Part shown: positions 36,883 to 46,252 of the stretch, one piece after another
Layout of the letters: each line of letters opens with the position of its first letter
How positions within the stretch are numbered: position 1 is the first letter of the stretch
NCBI GenBank assembly: GCA_027341385.1
Contig: DAIEMC010000105.1
Location: forward strand, 1,249-65,248
Origin: Acidimicrobiaceae bacterium
Lineage (GTDB): Bacteria > Actinomycetota > Acidimicrobiia > Acidimicrobiales > Acidimicrobiaceae
Length of the DNA: 64,000 nucleotides
Direction: 5' to 3'
Made by a program: the position numbers and the translations under genes
Notes under the pieces: generated by a model
Told to the model about the DNA's origin: nothing
Seen by the model: only the letters and a program-made list of their open reading frames with translations
The model's database searches: none

Positions 36883-38376
36883 CTAGGACCCGAGCGCCCG
36901 CAGAAGCTCAGCGGCCGTGTCACAGCCATTGATCAGTTCATCGACGTGATCCGCCGTCCCCCTGAGCGGATCCATCATCGGAACCCGGCGCAACGGGTCC
37001 TCACCCAAATCGAAAATCATCGAGTCCCAGTTCGCCGCAGCCACGTTGGCGGCATACTTCGCCAGGCACTTGCCCCGGAAGTAGGCCCTCGTCCGCCGCG
37101 GCGGTTCGGTGACCGCGATTTCTATCTCGTCGTCGGCCAACAGTCTTTCCTGTCCCAATCTATAGAACAGCGACTTGCCCTTGCGTATGTCGTGGAACTG
37201 CAAATCGATCGCCGCCAGGCGCGGGTCGTCCCAGGCGATGTCGTGGCGCTCCATGTACCCTGTCACCAGTCGGTACTTTGCCACCCAGTCGAGCTTGTCC
37301 GCGAGGCGCATGGGGTCGACCTCCAGGTCGGAGAGCACCTCCTCCCAGAGTCTCAGTATCTCCTTGCCCTCGGCCTCGTCGCCGATGGAGGCGAGGCCCC
37401 CCGCGGCGGCGTACTCCTTGGCCGCCTCGAGATACATCCCTTGAACCTCGAGTGCGGTGGCGGAGCGGCCGTTGGCGAGTGGAAGAGGGCGCTTCAAGGT
37501 CAGGTCGTAGGAGACGGCCCGTAGCGAGGGTACGGGGGTCTCGAGAACGAGTTCGAGACCGTCGAGGAAACCGTCCTCGATCATGGAGAGGACGATCGCC
37601 GTAGTGCCAACCTTGAGGAAGGTGGAGTACTCGCTCATGTTCGCGTCGCCCAGGATCACGTGCAGGCGCCTGAAGCGCGCCGCGTCTGCGTGGGGCTCAT
37701 CTCGGGTGTTGACGATCGGACGCTTGAGAGTGGTCTCCAGCCCGACCTCCTCCTCGAAGAAGTCCGCGCGCTGAGATATCTGGAACGGCACCTGCTCCTT
37801 GGGCAGATAGGCCATCTCCGTTCCCACCTTGCCCGCTCCCGCGAAGATCTGCCTGGTGACGAAGAAGGGCATCACCTGGGAGACGATCTTGGTGAAAGGT
37901 ACCGCCCGATCCATCATGTAGTTCTCGTGGCAACCATAGGAGTTGCCCTTGCGATCCGAGTTGTTCTTGTAGACCACCACCGACTGCCCGGGGCCGAGCA
38001 CATGAGCCGCCGCCTCCATCGAGCGCCGGAGCACCTCCTCGCCGGCCTTGTCGTACAGCAGCGCCTCTCGAGGGGTGTAGCACTCCGGGCTCGAGTACTC
38101 GGGGTGGGCGTGGTCGACGTAGTAGCGGGCGCCGTTGGAGAGGACCGTGTTGATCAGATGGGTCTCGACCTCCGGGGCGAGCTGGAAGTCCCGCGTGAAG
38201 CCGCGGGCGTCCACCATCGGCGATTCGTCGACGAAATCCCAGCCCACCTTCTTGGACACAAGCGAGAGATAGGCGTTTACCAGCAGGGAGGAGGCGGTGA
38301 TCGGATTGGGGTCGGGCACCCCCAGCATCTGGATGCCATACTCCGTTTCGATTCCGCACACCTTGATTATTGCCAC
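36883..38376 (-). CDS. dop: Pup deamidase/depupylase
   Basis: [60 protein letters not shown]. Confidence 0.97.
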   Translation of the reverse strand: MAIIKVCGIETEYGIQMLGVPDPNPITASSLLVNAYLSLVSKKVGWDFVDESPMVDARGFTRDFQLAPEVETHLINTVLSNGARYYVDHAHPEYSSPECYTPREALLYDKAGEEVLRRSMEAAAHVLGPGQSVVVYKNNSDRKGNSYGCHENYMMDRAVPFTKIVSQVMPFFVTRQIFAGAGKVGTEMAYLPKEQVPFQISQRADFFEEEVGLETTLKRPIVNTRDEPHADAARFRRLHVILGDANMSEYSTFLKVGTTAIVLSMIEDGFLDGLELVLETPVPSLRAVSYDLTLKRPLPLANGRSATALEVQGMYLEAAKEYAAAGGLASIGDEAEGKEILRLWEEVLSDLEVDPMRLADKLDWVAKYRLVTGYMERHDIAWDDPRLAAIDLQFHDIRKGKSLFYRLGQERLLADDEIEIAVTEPPRRTRAYFRGKCLAKYAANVAAANWDSMIFDLGEDPLRRVPMMDPLRGTADHVDELINGCDTAAELLRALGS

Positions 38377-38403
38377 TGGCGCTCCTCCCCCGGGTCCGAT
38401 CGG

Positions 38404-40167
38404 CTACAGGTACTGGCCGGTGCCCACCTTCTCGATCGCCCGGCCGCCGGTGGTCTCCTTGCCTTCGGAGACAAGGGTCCGCACATAAACGATGCGCTCG
38501 CCCTTCTTGCCCGAGATCTTGGCCCAGTCATCCGGGTTGGTCGTGTTGGGCAGGTCCTCGTGCTCCTTGTACTCCTTGGCGATGGAGCGAATGAGGTCCT
38601 CGACCCGGATTCCGCCTCCCTGGTTGGCGATGGCCCTCTTGATCGCCAGCTTCTTGGCGCGGCGGACGATGTTCTCGATCATGGCGCCCGAGGCGAAATC
38701 CTTGTAGAAGAGGATCTCCTTATCGCCGTTCTGGTAGGTCACCTCGAGGAAGCGGTTCTCCTCGTCGGTCCGGTACATCTCGGCCACGGTGCTCTCGATC
38801 ATCACGGCCACGGCCTTGGCTGGGTCGCCACCGCCCAGGTCGGACACCTCTTTGGGATCCAGGGGAAGATCCGGGGTCAGATACCGCGAGAAGATCTGGG
38901 CCGCAGCACCCTCGTCGGGCCTCTCGATCTTGATCTTCACGTCGAGCCGCCCGGGGCGCAGGATGGCCGGATCGATCAGATCCTCGCGGTTGGAGGCGCC
39001 GATCACTATCACGTTCTTGAGAGTCTCCACCCCGTCGATCTCGGCGAGAAGCTGGGGGACGATCGTCGATTCCATATCCGAGCTGATGCCGGTGCCGCGG
39101 GTGCGGAAGAGGGAGTCCATCTCATCGAAGAAGACGATGACCGGGAACCCCTCCTCGGACTTCTCTCTAGCACGCTGGAAGATCAGGCGTATCTGGCGCT
39201 CGGTCTCCCCGACGTACTTGTTGAGCAGCTCCGGACCCTTGATATTGAGGAAGTAGCTGCGCCCTTTGTCCTCGCCGTTGAGCGCCGCCACCTTCTTGGC
39301 GAGCGAGTTGGCGACGGCCTTGGCGATGAGGGTCTTGCCGCAGCCGGGCGGGCCGTAGAGCAGGATCCCCTTAGGCGCCGGAAGCTTGTACTCGTGAAAG
39401 AGGGAGCGGTAGAGGAAAGGCAGCTCCACCGCGTCGGTGATCTCCTCGATCTGGGAGTCGAGACCTCCCACATCCTCGTAGGAGACGTCGGGGACCTCCT
39501 CCAAGACCAGCTCCTCCACCTCCGGGCGCGGGAGCTTCTCGAGCACGAGGTTGGTGCGCATGTCGACCAGGATCGAGTCGCCCGCCCTGAGACGTTCGCC
39601 GGCCATTGCGTCGGAGAGTTCGGCCACCCGTTCCTCGTCGCCGCGCCCCACGGTGAGAACCCGTTTGGCGTCGAGCAGGTCCTTCACGGTGACCACCTCG
39701 CCGACCGCGTCGGGCTCGCGGGCCAGGATGATGGCCAACGACTCGTTGAGGGCCACCTCCTGCCCGATGGAGAGGTCAGAAACCTCCATGGCGGGGTGAA
39801 TGGAAACGCGCATCTTGCGGCCGGAGCTGATCACGTCGGCGGTGCCGTCCTCGTTCACCTCGACCAGAATTCCGTAGGCACTGGGAGGCTGGGTCAGCTT
39901 CTCCACTTCCTCCCGCAGCGTGGCGATGTGCTCGCGGGCCTGGCCCAGGGTGACGGTCAGCTTCTCGTTGCGCGAGACGGCTTGTGCGAGCTGGCCGCTT
40001 ACCTCGAGCAGCTTCTCCTCGAGCGCGCGCACCCTCAAGGGTGCGTCCTGAACGGCACGACGCAGCTCCGCGATCTCGGCCTGCATCATCGCCACTCTCT
40101 CCTCGGCACCTGCCTCGGAACCGGTCGGCTGGTCTGAGAACTTGTCGTTGCTAGTCGTAGAGACCAC
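38404..40167 (-). CDS. arc: Proteasome AAA ATPase
   Basis: Coiled coil plus OB domains, [26 protein letters not shown]-terminal GQYL. Confidence 0.97.
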   Translation of the reverse strand: MVSTTSNDKFSDQPTGSEAGAEERVAMMQAEIAELRRAVQDAPLRVRALEEKLLEVSGQLAQAVSRNEKLTVTLGQAREHIATLREEVEKLTQPPSAYGILVEVNEDGTADVISSGRKMRVSIHPAMEVSDLSIGQEVALNESLAIILAREPDAVGEVVTVKDLLDAKRVLTVGRGDEERVAELSDAMAGERLRAGDSILVDMRTNLVLEKLPRPEVEELVLEEVPDVSYEDVGGLDSQIEEITDAVELPFLYRSLFHEYKLPAPKGILLYGPPGCGKTLIAKAVANSLAKKVAALNGEDKGRSYFLNIKGPELLNKYVGETERQIRLIFQRAREKSEEGFPVIVFFDEMDSLFRTRGTGISSDMESTIVPQLLAEIDGVETLKNVIVIGASNREDLIDPAILRPGRLDVKIKIERPDEGAAAQIFSRYLTPDLPLDPKEVSDLGGGDPAKAVAVMIESTVAEMYRTDEENRFLEVTYQNGDKEILFYKDFASGAMIENIVRRAKKLAIKRAIANQGGGIRVEDLIRSIAKEYKEHEDLPNTTNPDDWAKISGKKGERIVYVRTLVSEGKETTGGRAIEKVGTGQYL

Positions 40168-40380
40168 CTCCTGACTTCACGCTACACCCGGGCGCAGTCC
40201 AAGCGACGCCTCGCGGAGGAGGGTGAAGAGCGACTCCCAACCCTGAAAATAACAAAGGCGTCCTCTTCTGCGGGGTGCGCCCCTAAGTTTTAAGTGACAT
40301 AGGCCGGATATGCCTGAACCGCCTCGAATGGCTTGGTCAGCGCTGGCGCGAAGAGCCCAGGGATTAAGAAGGAAGCGTAA

Positions 40381-40617
40381 ATGAAAGTCTGGATCGACCA
40401 GGATCTCTGCACTGGGGACGGCCTCTGCGAGGAGATCTGTCCTTCCGTTTTCACGCTCCAAGACGACGGGCTCGCCTACGTGAAGGAAGGCAGCGACGTA
40501 TTCAACAACCCCGGCGGCTCCGCGCAGATGGCAGTCGTTCCCGCCGAGTTCGAAGACGCGGTCGTGGAGGCCTCCGAGGAGTGCCCGGGCGAGTGCATCT
40601 TCGTGGAGAACGACTGA
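40381..40617 (+). CDS. Single-cluster ferredoxin (CxxDxxC type)
   Basis: WIDQDLCTGDGLCEEICPSVF...ECPGECI. Confidence 0.9.
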   Translation: MKVWIDQDLCTGDGLCEEICPSVFTLQDDGLAYVKEGSDVFNNPGGSAQMAVVPAEFEDAVVEASEECPGECIFVEND

Positions 40618-40647
40618 GTCCCAACCGGCGGCGCCCCGCCTGCTGAA

Positions 40648-41493
40648 TCAGACGGCCGGAGGCATCCTGGCCCAGGTCAGAAAGCCGGTGTGCCCCACCA
40701 TGGAATGCTCCGGCCTGAGCGCCTGAGCCGAGTGGAACCAGCTCCGGGTCAGGACCTCGACGGTCCGTGGAAGAACGAAGCCGAGTTCGCGCAAGCGGTT
40801 GCGGAACTGCTCCAGCTGGCCGACGCTCGTCTGGTAGGCCAGAACGATTCCCCCAACGGCGAGGCTGCCCTGCAGGTGGCCGAGCACCTCCCACGGCTCG
40901 GGCAGGTCCAGAAGGACCCGATCGTAGGGCCCGCCGTCGACACCGTCGTAGATATCGCGGATCTGGACCGAATAGCGCGCGAGGGCCGACGCTCCCAGAT
41001 ACGCCCCCACGTTGTTGCGGGCGCGGTTGGCGAAGTCTTCACGCATCTCGAAACCGGTCACGAATGTGCCCGCGTTGAGCAGCGCCATCGAGAGGGCTCC
41101 CGATCCCACCCCCGACTCCAGCACCCGCTGACCGGGCCTGATGTCGGCCGCCATGAGAATTTGGCCAAGGTCCTTGGGATAGATGACCTGTGCGCCGCGC
41201 GGCATGGCCTCGATCGCCTCGGCCAGAGTGGGTCGGACCACGACGAAGTTCTTCTCCTTGCCCGAGCGGATTCTTGAGCCGGGCGGCGCGCCGATTATGT
41301 CGTCGTGGCTGATCGCGCCCAGGTGAGTGGAGGTCTTGGCGCCCGGCACGAGAACGATGAGCTGGGTGCGGCGCCTCTCGTCAAAGGCGAGCACCCGCTC
41401 CCCCGCCCTGAAAGGTGCCTCCGTGGCCGGGAGCCCCTCCAAGGCGTCAGGGACGTCAGAGCCGCCCGGCTCCCCGGTTGACGGCTGGGTCAT
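40648..41493 (-). CDS. trmI: tRNA (adenine-58-N1)-methyltransferase
   Basis: MPRGAQVIYPKD, VLESGVGSGALS, VLLDLPEPW, RPEHSMVGHTGFL. Confidence 0.93.
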   Translation of the reverse strand: MTQPSTGEPGGSDVPDALEGLPATEAPFRAGERVLAFDERRRTQLIVLVPGAKTSTHLGAISHDDIIGAPPGSRIRSGKEKNFVVVRPTLAEAIEAMPRGAQVIYPKDLGQILMAADIRPGQRVLESGVGSGALSMALLNAGTFVTGFEMREDFANRARNNVGAYLGASALARYSVQIRDIYDGVDGGPYDRVLLDLPEPWEVLGHLQGSLAVGGIVLAYQTSVGQLEQFRNRLRELGFVLPRTVEVLTRSWFHSAQALRPEHSMVGHTGFLTWARMPPAV

Positions 41494-41726
41494 TTGCGCA
41501 GCTTGCTGCGTATCTCGAAGGCGTCGCCGGGCTTGAGGGTGATCTTGGCGCTTTGACCCATGGACCGCTTCTTCAGCTTGCGGTAAACCCATAGCCCTAT
41601 TGCGATATAGCGAAGCGCCGGCGAGTAGCGCGCGAGAGTGCCCGAGGCCAGCTTCTGTGCGGTCGGCCCAAGCAGGCCCGCCAGGCGCGAGGCGCGCTTT
41701 TTCTCAGATGCGCTTGATTTCGACAA
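41490..41726 (-). CDS. Small basic membrane-associated hypothetical protein
   Basis: Fills the gap; stop overlaps trmI ATG (ATGA). Start uncertain. Confidence 0.5.
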   Translation of the reverse strand: MSKSSASEKKRASRLAGLLGPTAQKLASGTLARYSPALRYIAIGLWVYRKLKKRSMGQSAKITLKPGDAFEIRSKLRK

Positions 41727-41910
41727 TTGCGCTCCTCTTGCGGCCCATGCGGAAGCCGAGCAGCAGCCCCACCACGAACACGGCGACCCCCAAGCCAACC
41801 GCCACCATCGGCAGCGACGGCGCGGCCGCCTCGCGCGCCTTCCCCAAGCCGCCCTCGAGCTGGGAGAACTTCTCGCGCAGGTCTTCCTTGGTGACCTTGG
41901 TTTCAGCCAT
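41704..41910 (-). CDS. Small single-TM hypothetical protein
   Basis: MAETKVTKEDLREKF...VGLGVAVFVVGLLLGFRMGRKR. Confidence 0.65.
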   Translation of the reverse strand: MAETKVTKEDLREKFSQLEGGLGKAREAAAPSLPMVAVGLGVAVFVVGLLLGFRMGRKRSAIVEIKRI

Positions 41911-41950
41911 CAGAACCCTCTCCAACGCGCGGCCGCATTTCCCGGCCCAC

Positions 41951-42283
41951 TCACTTCATTAGCTCCTTGGCTGACGCCTTGCGCCGCGCCGCGGTGAAGG
42001 ACGTGACGGCGACCAGAGCGCCTGCCACCGCAACCAACAGGTATGGAATCCAGCTCAGATTTCCGGTCATCGCGGTCCCGGTTTCGGTCTGGAGCAGCCT
42101 CAGCAAAGCGAGCAGCAGGAGCGAGACGCCGAGCAGAATCGTGATCGCCCCCGCAACGCCGAAGGCCAGGTAGCGGCCAAGCGCCTTTGCGGGCCCGAGC
42201 GTCTCCTGCTTCACATAGGCGATGACGGTGGATCGCAACTCGTCGAACGGGCTCTTGGTCTTGAACAGGTCCTGGAGTGCCAC
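41951..42283 (-). CDS. Two-TM YqjE/phage-holin-like membrane protein
   Basis: ELR..V..YVKQETL.P...LGR plus two TM helices. Confidence 0.65.
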   Translation of the reverse strand: MALQDLFKTKSPFDELRSTVIAYVKQETLGPAKALGRYLAFGVAGAITILLGVSLLLLALLRLLQTETGTAMTGNLSWIPYLLVAVAGALVAVTSFTAARRKASAKELMK

Positions 42284-42379
42284 GCCACCACGCCCCTTGC
42301 TCCGTAGTCCTTACCCAAAGCACAATAGCCCAGCCACAGGTGGCGGACAGCCCACAACCTGCGCCGATGCGAATGCGGA

Positions 42380-42793
42380 TCAGCGGGAGCGCAGGTAGTA
42401 GGTGGATTGACCCCTCGCCACCAGCCTGCCGCCGTCGTCGACCACCTCGGCCTCCACGAAGAGAATGGTCTGGCCCCCGGATACGACGCGCGCGGTGCAG
42501 ATGAGCTCGGAGCCGACCTTGGCCGCTCGCAGGAAGCTGACCGAGAGGTTGGTGTTGGAGGAGATGATCTTGCGCCCCGCGTAGGTGACCGTGGCGGCGC
42601 CCATCGCCGAATCGACGAAGGCGGCGATGAACCCGCCCTGCATCACACCGGCGGGGTTGGCGAAACGCTCGTGGGCCAGCATCCGCCAGACCGAGACGCC
42701 AGGGGTCGACTTGTCGACACACTCCATGCCGAGGGTGAGATCGCAAGCGGGCGGCACCTGGATGGCGATCGGCTTCCGCTCGGGGTCGGGCAT
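42380..42793 (-). CDS. PaaI family thioesterase
   Basis: FANPAGVMQGGFIAAFVDSAMG, NLSVSFLR. Confidence 0.85.
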   Translation of the reverse strand: MPDPERKPIAIQVPPACDLTLGMECVDKSTPGVSVWRMLAHERFANPAGVMQGGFIAAFVDSAMGAATVTYAGRKIISSNTNLSVSFLRAAKVGSELICTARVVSGGQTILFVEAEVVDDGGRLVARGQSTYYLRSR

Positions 42794-42924
42794 AGGCCAC
42801 ACAATAGCGGCCGCACGTCGGCACCAAAGGGGTGATCGGCGATTGCGCCCCAGCGCAAGGCGGTCAAAACAACCAGGACCGATGGTCGGGGTAGGATGGT
42901 GGGGAGAGCTCAGGAGGAACGCCC

Positions 42925-44040
42925 GTGGCAGAATCCGTCCCCAATCAGACAACCCTGCTCCGGATGGCCGAGCTGGGAACCTCTCCATGGATCGACAACA
43001 TCACCCGTGACTGGTTCGAAAACGGAAAGCTGGCCGAACTCGTCTCCCGGGGCATCGTCGGCCTCACCTCCAATCCGGCCATCTTCGCCGCCGCCATCGC
43101 CTCGACGGAGTTGTACGACGATCAGATCGCGAAGCTGTCCGGGCAGGGGATGAACTCCAGGTCGATCGCCCTAGAGCTGGCGAAATCCGACATCTCCCGT
43201 GCCGCACAGGTCCTGGCACCGGTGTTCGAGACAACCGGCCACAAGGACGGCTGGGCATCCATCGAGGTCGATCCCGACCTCGCATACCAAGCCGGCGAGA
43301 CACTGTCAGCGGTCCGGGCCATGCGCCGGGCGATCTCCGAACCGAACGTCATGATCAAGATCCCCGCAACCCGGGAGGGACTCGGCCCCATCGAGGAGGC
43401 GGTGGCCGAGGGCGTGAGCGTGAACGTCACCCTGATCTTCTCCATCGAGCGCTATCGGGAAGTTTTCGCCGCTTTCCTGCGGGGAGCCGTGCGCTTCCTG
43501 GACGGCGGCGGTGACCCCTCCCGCCTCGGAAGCGTGGCCTCGTTCTTCGTATCCCGGCTCGACACCGCCATAGACCCGCTCCTCGTGCAGGCCGGACGGG
43601 GAGACCTGTCCGGAAAGGCTGCGGTGGCGCAGGCAAAGCTGGCCTACGCGGCCTTCCGGGAGATGGCCTCCGCTCCCGAAGCGCGCGAGGTTTTTTCGCG
43701 CGGGCTACGCCCCCAGCGTCCCCTCTTCGCCTCCACCTCAACCAAGAATCCCGCCTATCCCAAACTTCTCTACGTCGAGAGCCTGCTCGGTCCGGACTCG
43801 GTGAACACCATGCCCCTGGCCACCGTGGACGAGATGCTCTCCTCCGGAGACCCCCGGCGCCCCACAGTCGTCGAGGGGGTCGCCGAGGCCCGCCGCCTGA
43901 TCGATGAGGAGCTCCCCGCGGCGGGCGTGGATCTTTCCGCTGTGACGTACGAACTCGAGGTCGCGGGAGTCGAGGCCTTCTCGAAATCCTGGGCCGGCCT
44001 GATGTCCGAAATCGAGAAGAAGGCGGGCGCGCAGGCTTAG
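42925..44040 (+). CDS. tal: Transaldolase (type II)
   Basis: GLTSNPAIF, MIKIPAT, VNVTLIFS, VASFFVSRLD, ASTSTK, VNTMP. Confidence 0.95.
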   Translation: MAESVPNQTTLLRMAELGTSPWIDNITRDWFENGKLAELVSRGIVGLTSNPAIFAAAIASTELYDDQIAKLSGQGMNSRSIALELAKSDISRAAQVLAPVFETTGHKDGWASIEVDPDLAYQAGETLSAVRAMRRAISEPNVMIKIPATREGLGPIEEAVAEGVSVNVTLIFSIERYREVFAAFLRGAVRFLDGGGDPSRLGSVASFFVSRLDTAIDPLLVQAGRGDLSGKAAVAQAKLAYAAFREMASAPEAREVFSRGLRPQRPLFASTSTKNPAYPKLLYVESLLGPDSVNTMPLATVDEMLSSGDPRRPTVVEGVAEARRLIDEELPAAGVDLSAVTYELEVAGVEAFSKSWAGLMSEIEKKAGAQA

Positions 44041-44088
44041 TCGGTCCGGCGCCCAGCCCACATCCACCGTAGAAGGGAGAGGCCGGCC

Positions 44089-45441
44089 ATGGCCACAAGC
44101 GATATCGCCACACGCATCCTCGAAGGAGACGCAAAGCTCTGGGTGGAGACGAGCGTGGCCCCGAATCGGCTCGGTTGGCTCAGAGCCCCCGAGACGACCC
44201 ATGAGGAGCTGCGCGACCTGACCCGATGGGCGGAATCCGTCGATCAATCGCACATCCTGGTCCTGGGGATGGGCGGCTCCAGCCTGGGCCCGCGCGTTTT
44301 CGCCGAATTTCTCGCCAACCACGGCGGCGCACAGCGCAAGGTCACCATCGTCGACTCAACCGATCCACGCTCGATCGCCGACATTCCCCTGACCGATACT
44401 GCGGTGGTGGTCTCCTCCAAGTCGGGCACCACCGTCAAGACCGAGGCGTACCGGCGCTTCTTCTTCGAACGCCTGCGGCGTCCGGATCGCTTCTACGCCA
44501 TCACGGACCCCGGCACGCCGCTGGCCGAGGTCGCCACCGAACTCGGCTTCAAGCGCGTCTTCGCCGCCCCCGAAGACGTCGGGGGCCGCTTCTCGGCGCT
44601 CACCTACTTCGGAACAGTCCCCGCCGCACTGGCGGGGATGGACATGGTGGCCCTCTTCGAGGCGCTCGCCAAGGTTGACCACGGACGCTGGGCCGACTTG
44701 GGCACGGAGATTGCCGAGGCTGCGTTGGCGGGCAGGATCCCGGTGCAACTGATCAGGAACGAGCGGGATCGCGCCTTGGGAATGTGGACCGAACAGATAC
44801 TGGCCGAGAGCACCGGCAAAGAGGGCAAGGGCCTTCTTCCCGTCCCCGCAGCCGCCCGGGAGGGGGATTATCCTTGCTCCACCGTCCCAGTGGCGGCCGG
44901 AGGAATCGCCGAGCTCGCCTCGCACATCTTCGGGATGGAGCTGGCGACCTCCGCGGCAGGCCACGTGCTGGGAATCGACCCCTTCAACGAGCCAGACGTG
45001 GGTGCATCCAAGGCCATCACCAGGCGCATCCTCTCAGGCGAGAAGTTCGACCCCAAGCTTCCCTCCACAGGCATGGAGGATCTGGCGGCTTATCTGGAGA
45101 GCGAGCTCACCGAGGGCCAGTACGTTGCGATCAGCGCCTATCAACCTCTGGACTGGGAGGACGAGCTGTATCGGCTGCGCGACGGCCTGGCGGCTCGGAT
45201 TCCACTCCACCCGGTGACGGCCGGGCTGGCGCCGAGACACCTGCACTCCACCGGCCAACTTCAAAAGGGCGGGCCGAAACTGGCGCACGTCGTACAGATC
45301 GTCTCGGCGGACTACGGCCCCCGCGTGGCGATTCCGGACATGGACACCGACTTCAACACTTTGATACGGGCCCAGGCCGATGGCGACGCGGTAGCACTCG
45401 GCGAGCGCGGTCAGCGCGTCACCCGCGTGGTGTTGGACTGA
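44089..45441 (+). CDS. pgi: Glucose-6-phosphate isomerase (short, Tal/Pgi-fusion-like type)
   Basis: LGMGGSSLGP, SSKSGTT, ITDPGT, VGGRFSALT, EQILAESTGK, DPFNEPDV.ASK, HLHSTGQL.KGGP. Confidence 0.85.
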   Translation: MATSDIATRILEGDAKLWVETSVAPNRLGWLRAPETTHEELRDLTRWAESVDQSHILVLGMGGSSLGPRVFAEFLANHGGAQRKVTIVDSTDPRSIADIPLTDTAVVVSSKSGTTVKTEAYRRFFFERLRRPDRFYAITDPGTPLAEVATELGFKRVFAAPEDVGGRFSALTYFGTVPAALAGMDMVALFEALAKVDHGRWADLGTEIAEAALAGRIPVQLIRNERDRALGMWTEQILAESTGKEGKGLLPVPAAAREGDYPCSTVPVAAGGIAELASHIFGMELATSAAGHVLGIDPFNEPDVGASKAITRRILSGEKFDPKLPSTGMEDLAAYLESELTEGQYVAISAYQPLDWEDELYRLRDGLAARIPLHPVTAGLAPRHLHSTGQLQKGGPKLAHVVQIVSADYGPRVAIPDMDTDFNTLIRAQADGDAVALGERGQRVTRVVLD

Positions 45442-45449
45442 GGCCCGCC

Positions 45450-46190
45450 GTGGCAGGCGCGCGATTCGACAACTTCGAGCTGATCACCAGCGACGATCCC
45501 GCGGACGAGGTTTTACGCCTGGTCGCAGAGGTTGCAGCCGGGGGTCCGGCCTCGTTCCTGGCCACCGGGGGTTCCCAGGCCAAGCTGGTATACCCGAGGC
45601 TCTTTCCAGCTATCGCGACTGAGCCCGCATTGGCGGGCGTCCGCCTCTACCTGGGAGACGAGAGGGTGGTACCCCTTGGCGACCCAGATTCGAACACCTC
45701 GATGCTGGATTCGATCCCCGGGGCTCCCCGGGGTGAGGGCGCGATCATCTCCCCGGCGCGCTCCTTCGCCGCCGAGCTTCGTGATGCGGCCGCCCAAGGA
45801 GGGGACCCCTCCCGGGAGATTCTCCAGGAGATGCTCGACTGGTGGAGCAAAGAGCTCGTCGAGGCCCCTCGGCCACGTATCGTGCATCTGGGCCTTGGCC
45901 CGGACGGCCATGTCGCCTCGATCTTCCCCCAACCGGTCGATCTCACGATCGCCACACCTGAGTGCCAGGTTTCCCTGGATGCGACCGGGCTGAACCGCCA
46001 TCTGCGCCTCTCGGTGACAATGGGCTACATCGACCAGGCGGAGCTGGTCATCCTGGGCGCCACCGGCGCCGCCAAGGGCAGGGTGCTCAAGGCCGTGCTC
46101 GAGGATCCCGGCGCCTACCCCGCCGGTCGGCTACGGCCTGGGCGTCTGGTCGTGGCGGTGGACCGGGAAGCGCAGGCGGCGCTGGCGTGA
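45450..46190 (+). CDS. pgl: 6-phosphogluconolactonase
   Basis: ATGGS, GDERVVP...DSN, LGLGPDGHVASIFP, ATGAAK. Confidence 0.85.
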   Translation: MAGARFDNFELITSDDPADEVLRLVAEVAAGGPASFLATGGSQAKLVYPRLFPAIATEPALAGVRLYLGDERVVPLGDPDSNTSMLDSIPGAPRGEGAIISPARSFAAELRDAAAQGGDPSREILQEMLDWWSKELVEAPRPRIVHLGLGPDGHVASIFPQPVDLTIATPECQVSLDATGLNRHLRLSVTMGYIDQAELVILGATGAAKGRVLKAVLEDPGAYPAGRLRPGRLVVAVDREAQAALA

Positions 46191-46252
46191 CCGGCCAAGC
46201 CTCGCCGGCGGCGCTTTCGCCCACAAGCCCGCAGGCGGCCTAAAGTTGGCGT

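Noticed and set aside
37660-40137. 825-aa plus-strand ORF
   Set aside because: Antisense to the well-conserved arc and dop genes.
40284-40310. TAAG-N15-GCCGGATA before the ferredoxin
   Set aside because: The -10 deviates from GCCGA; too weak to call sigma-28.
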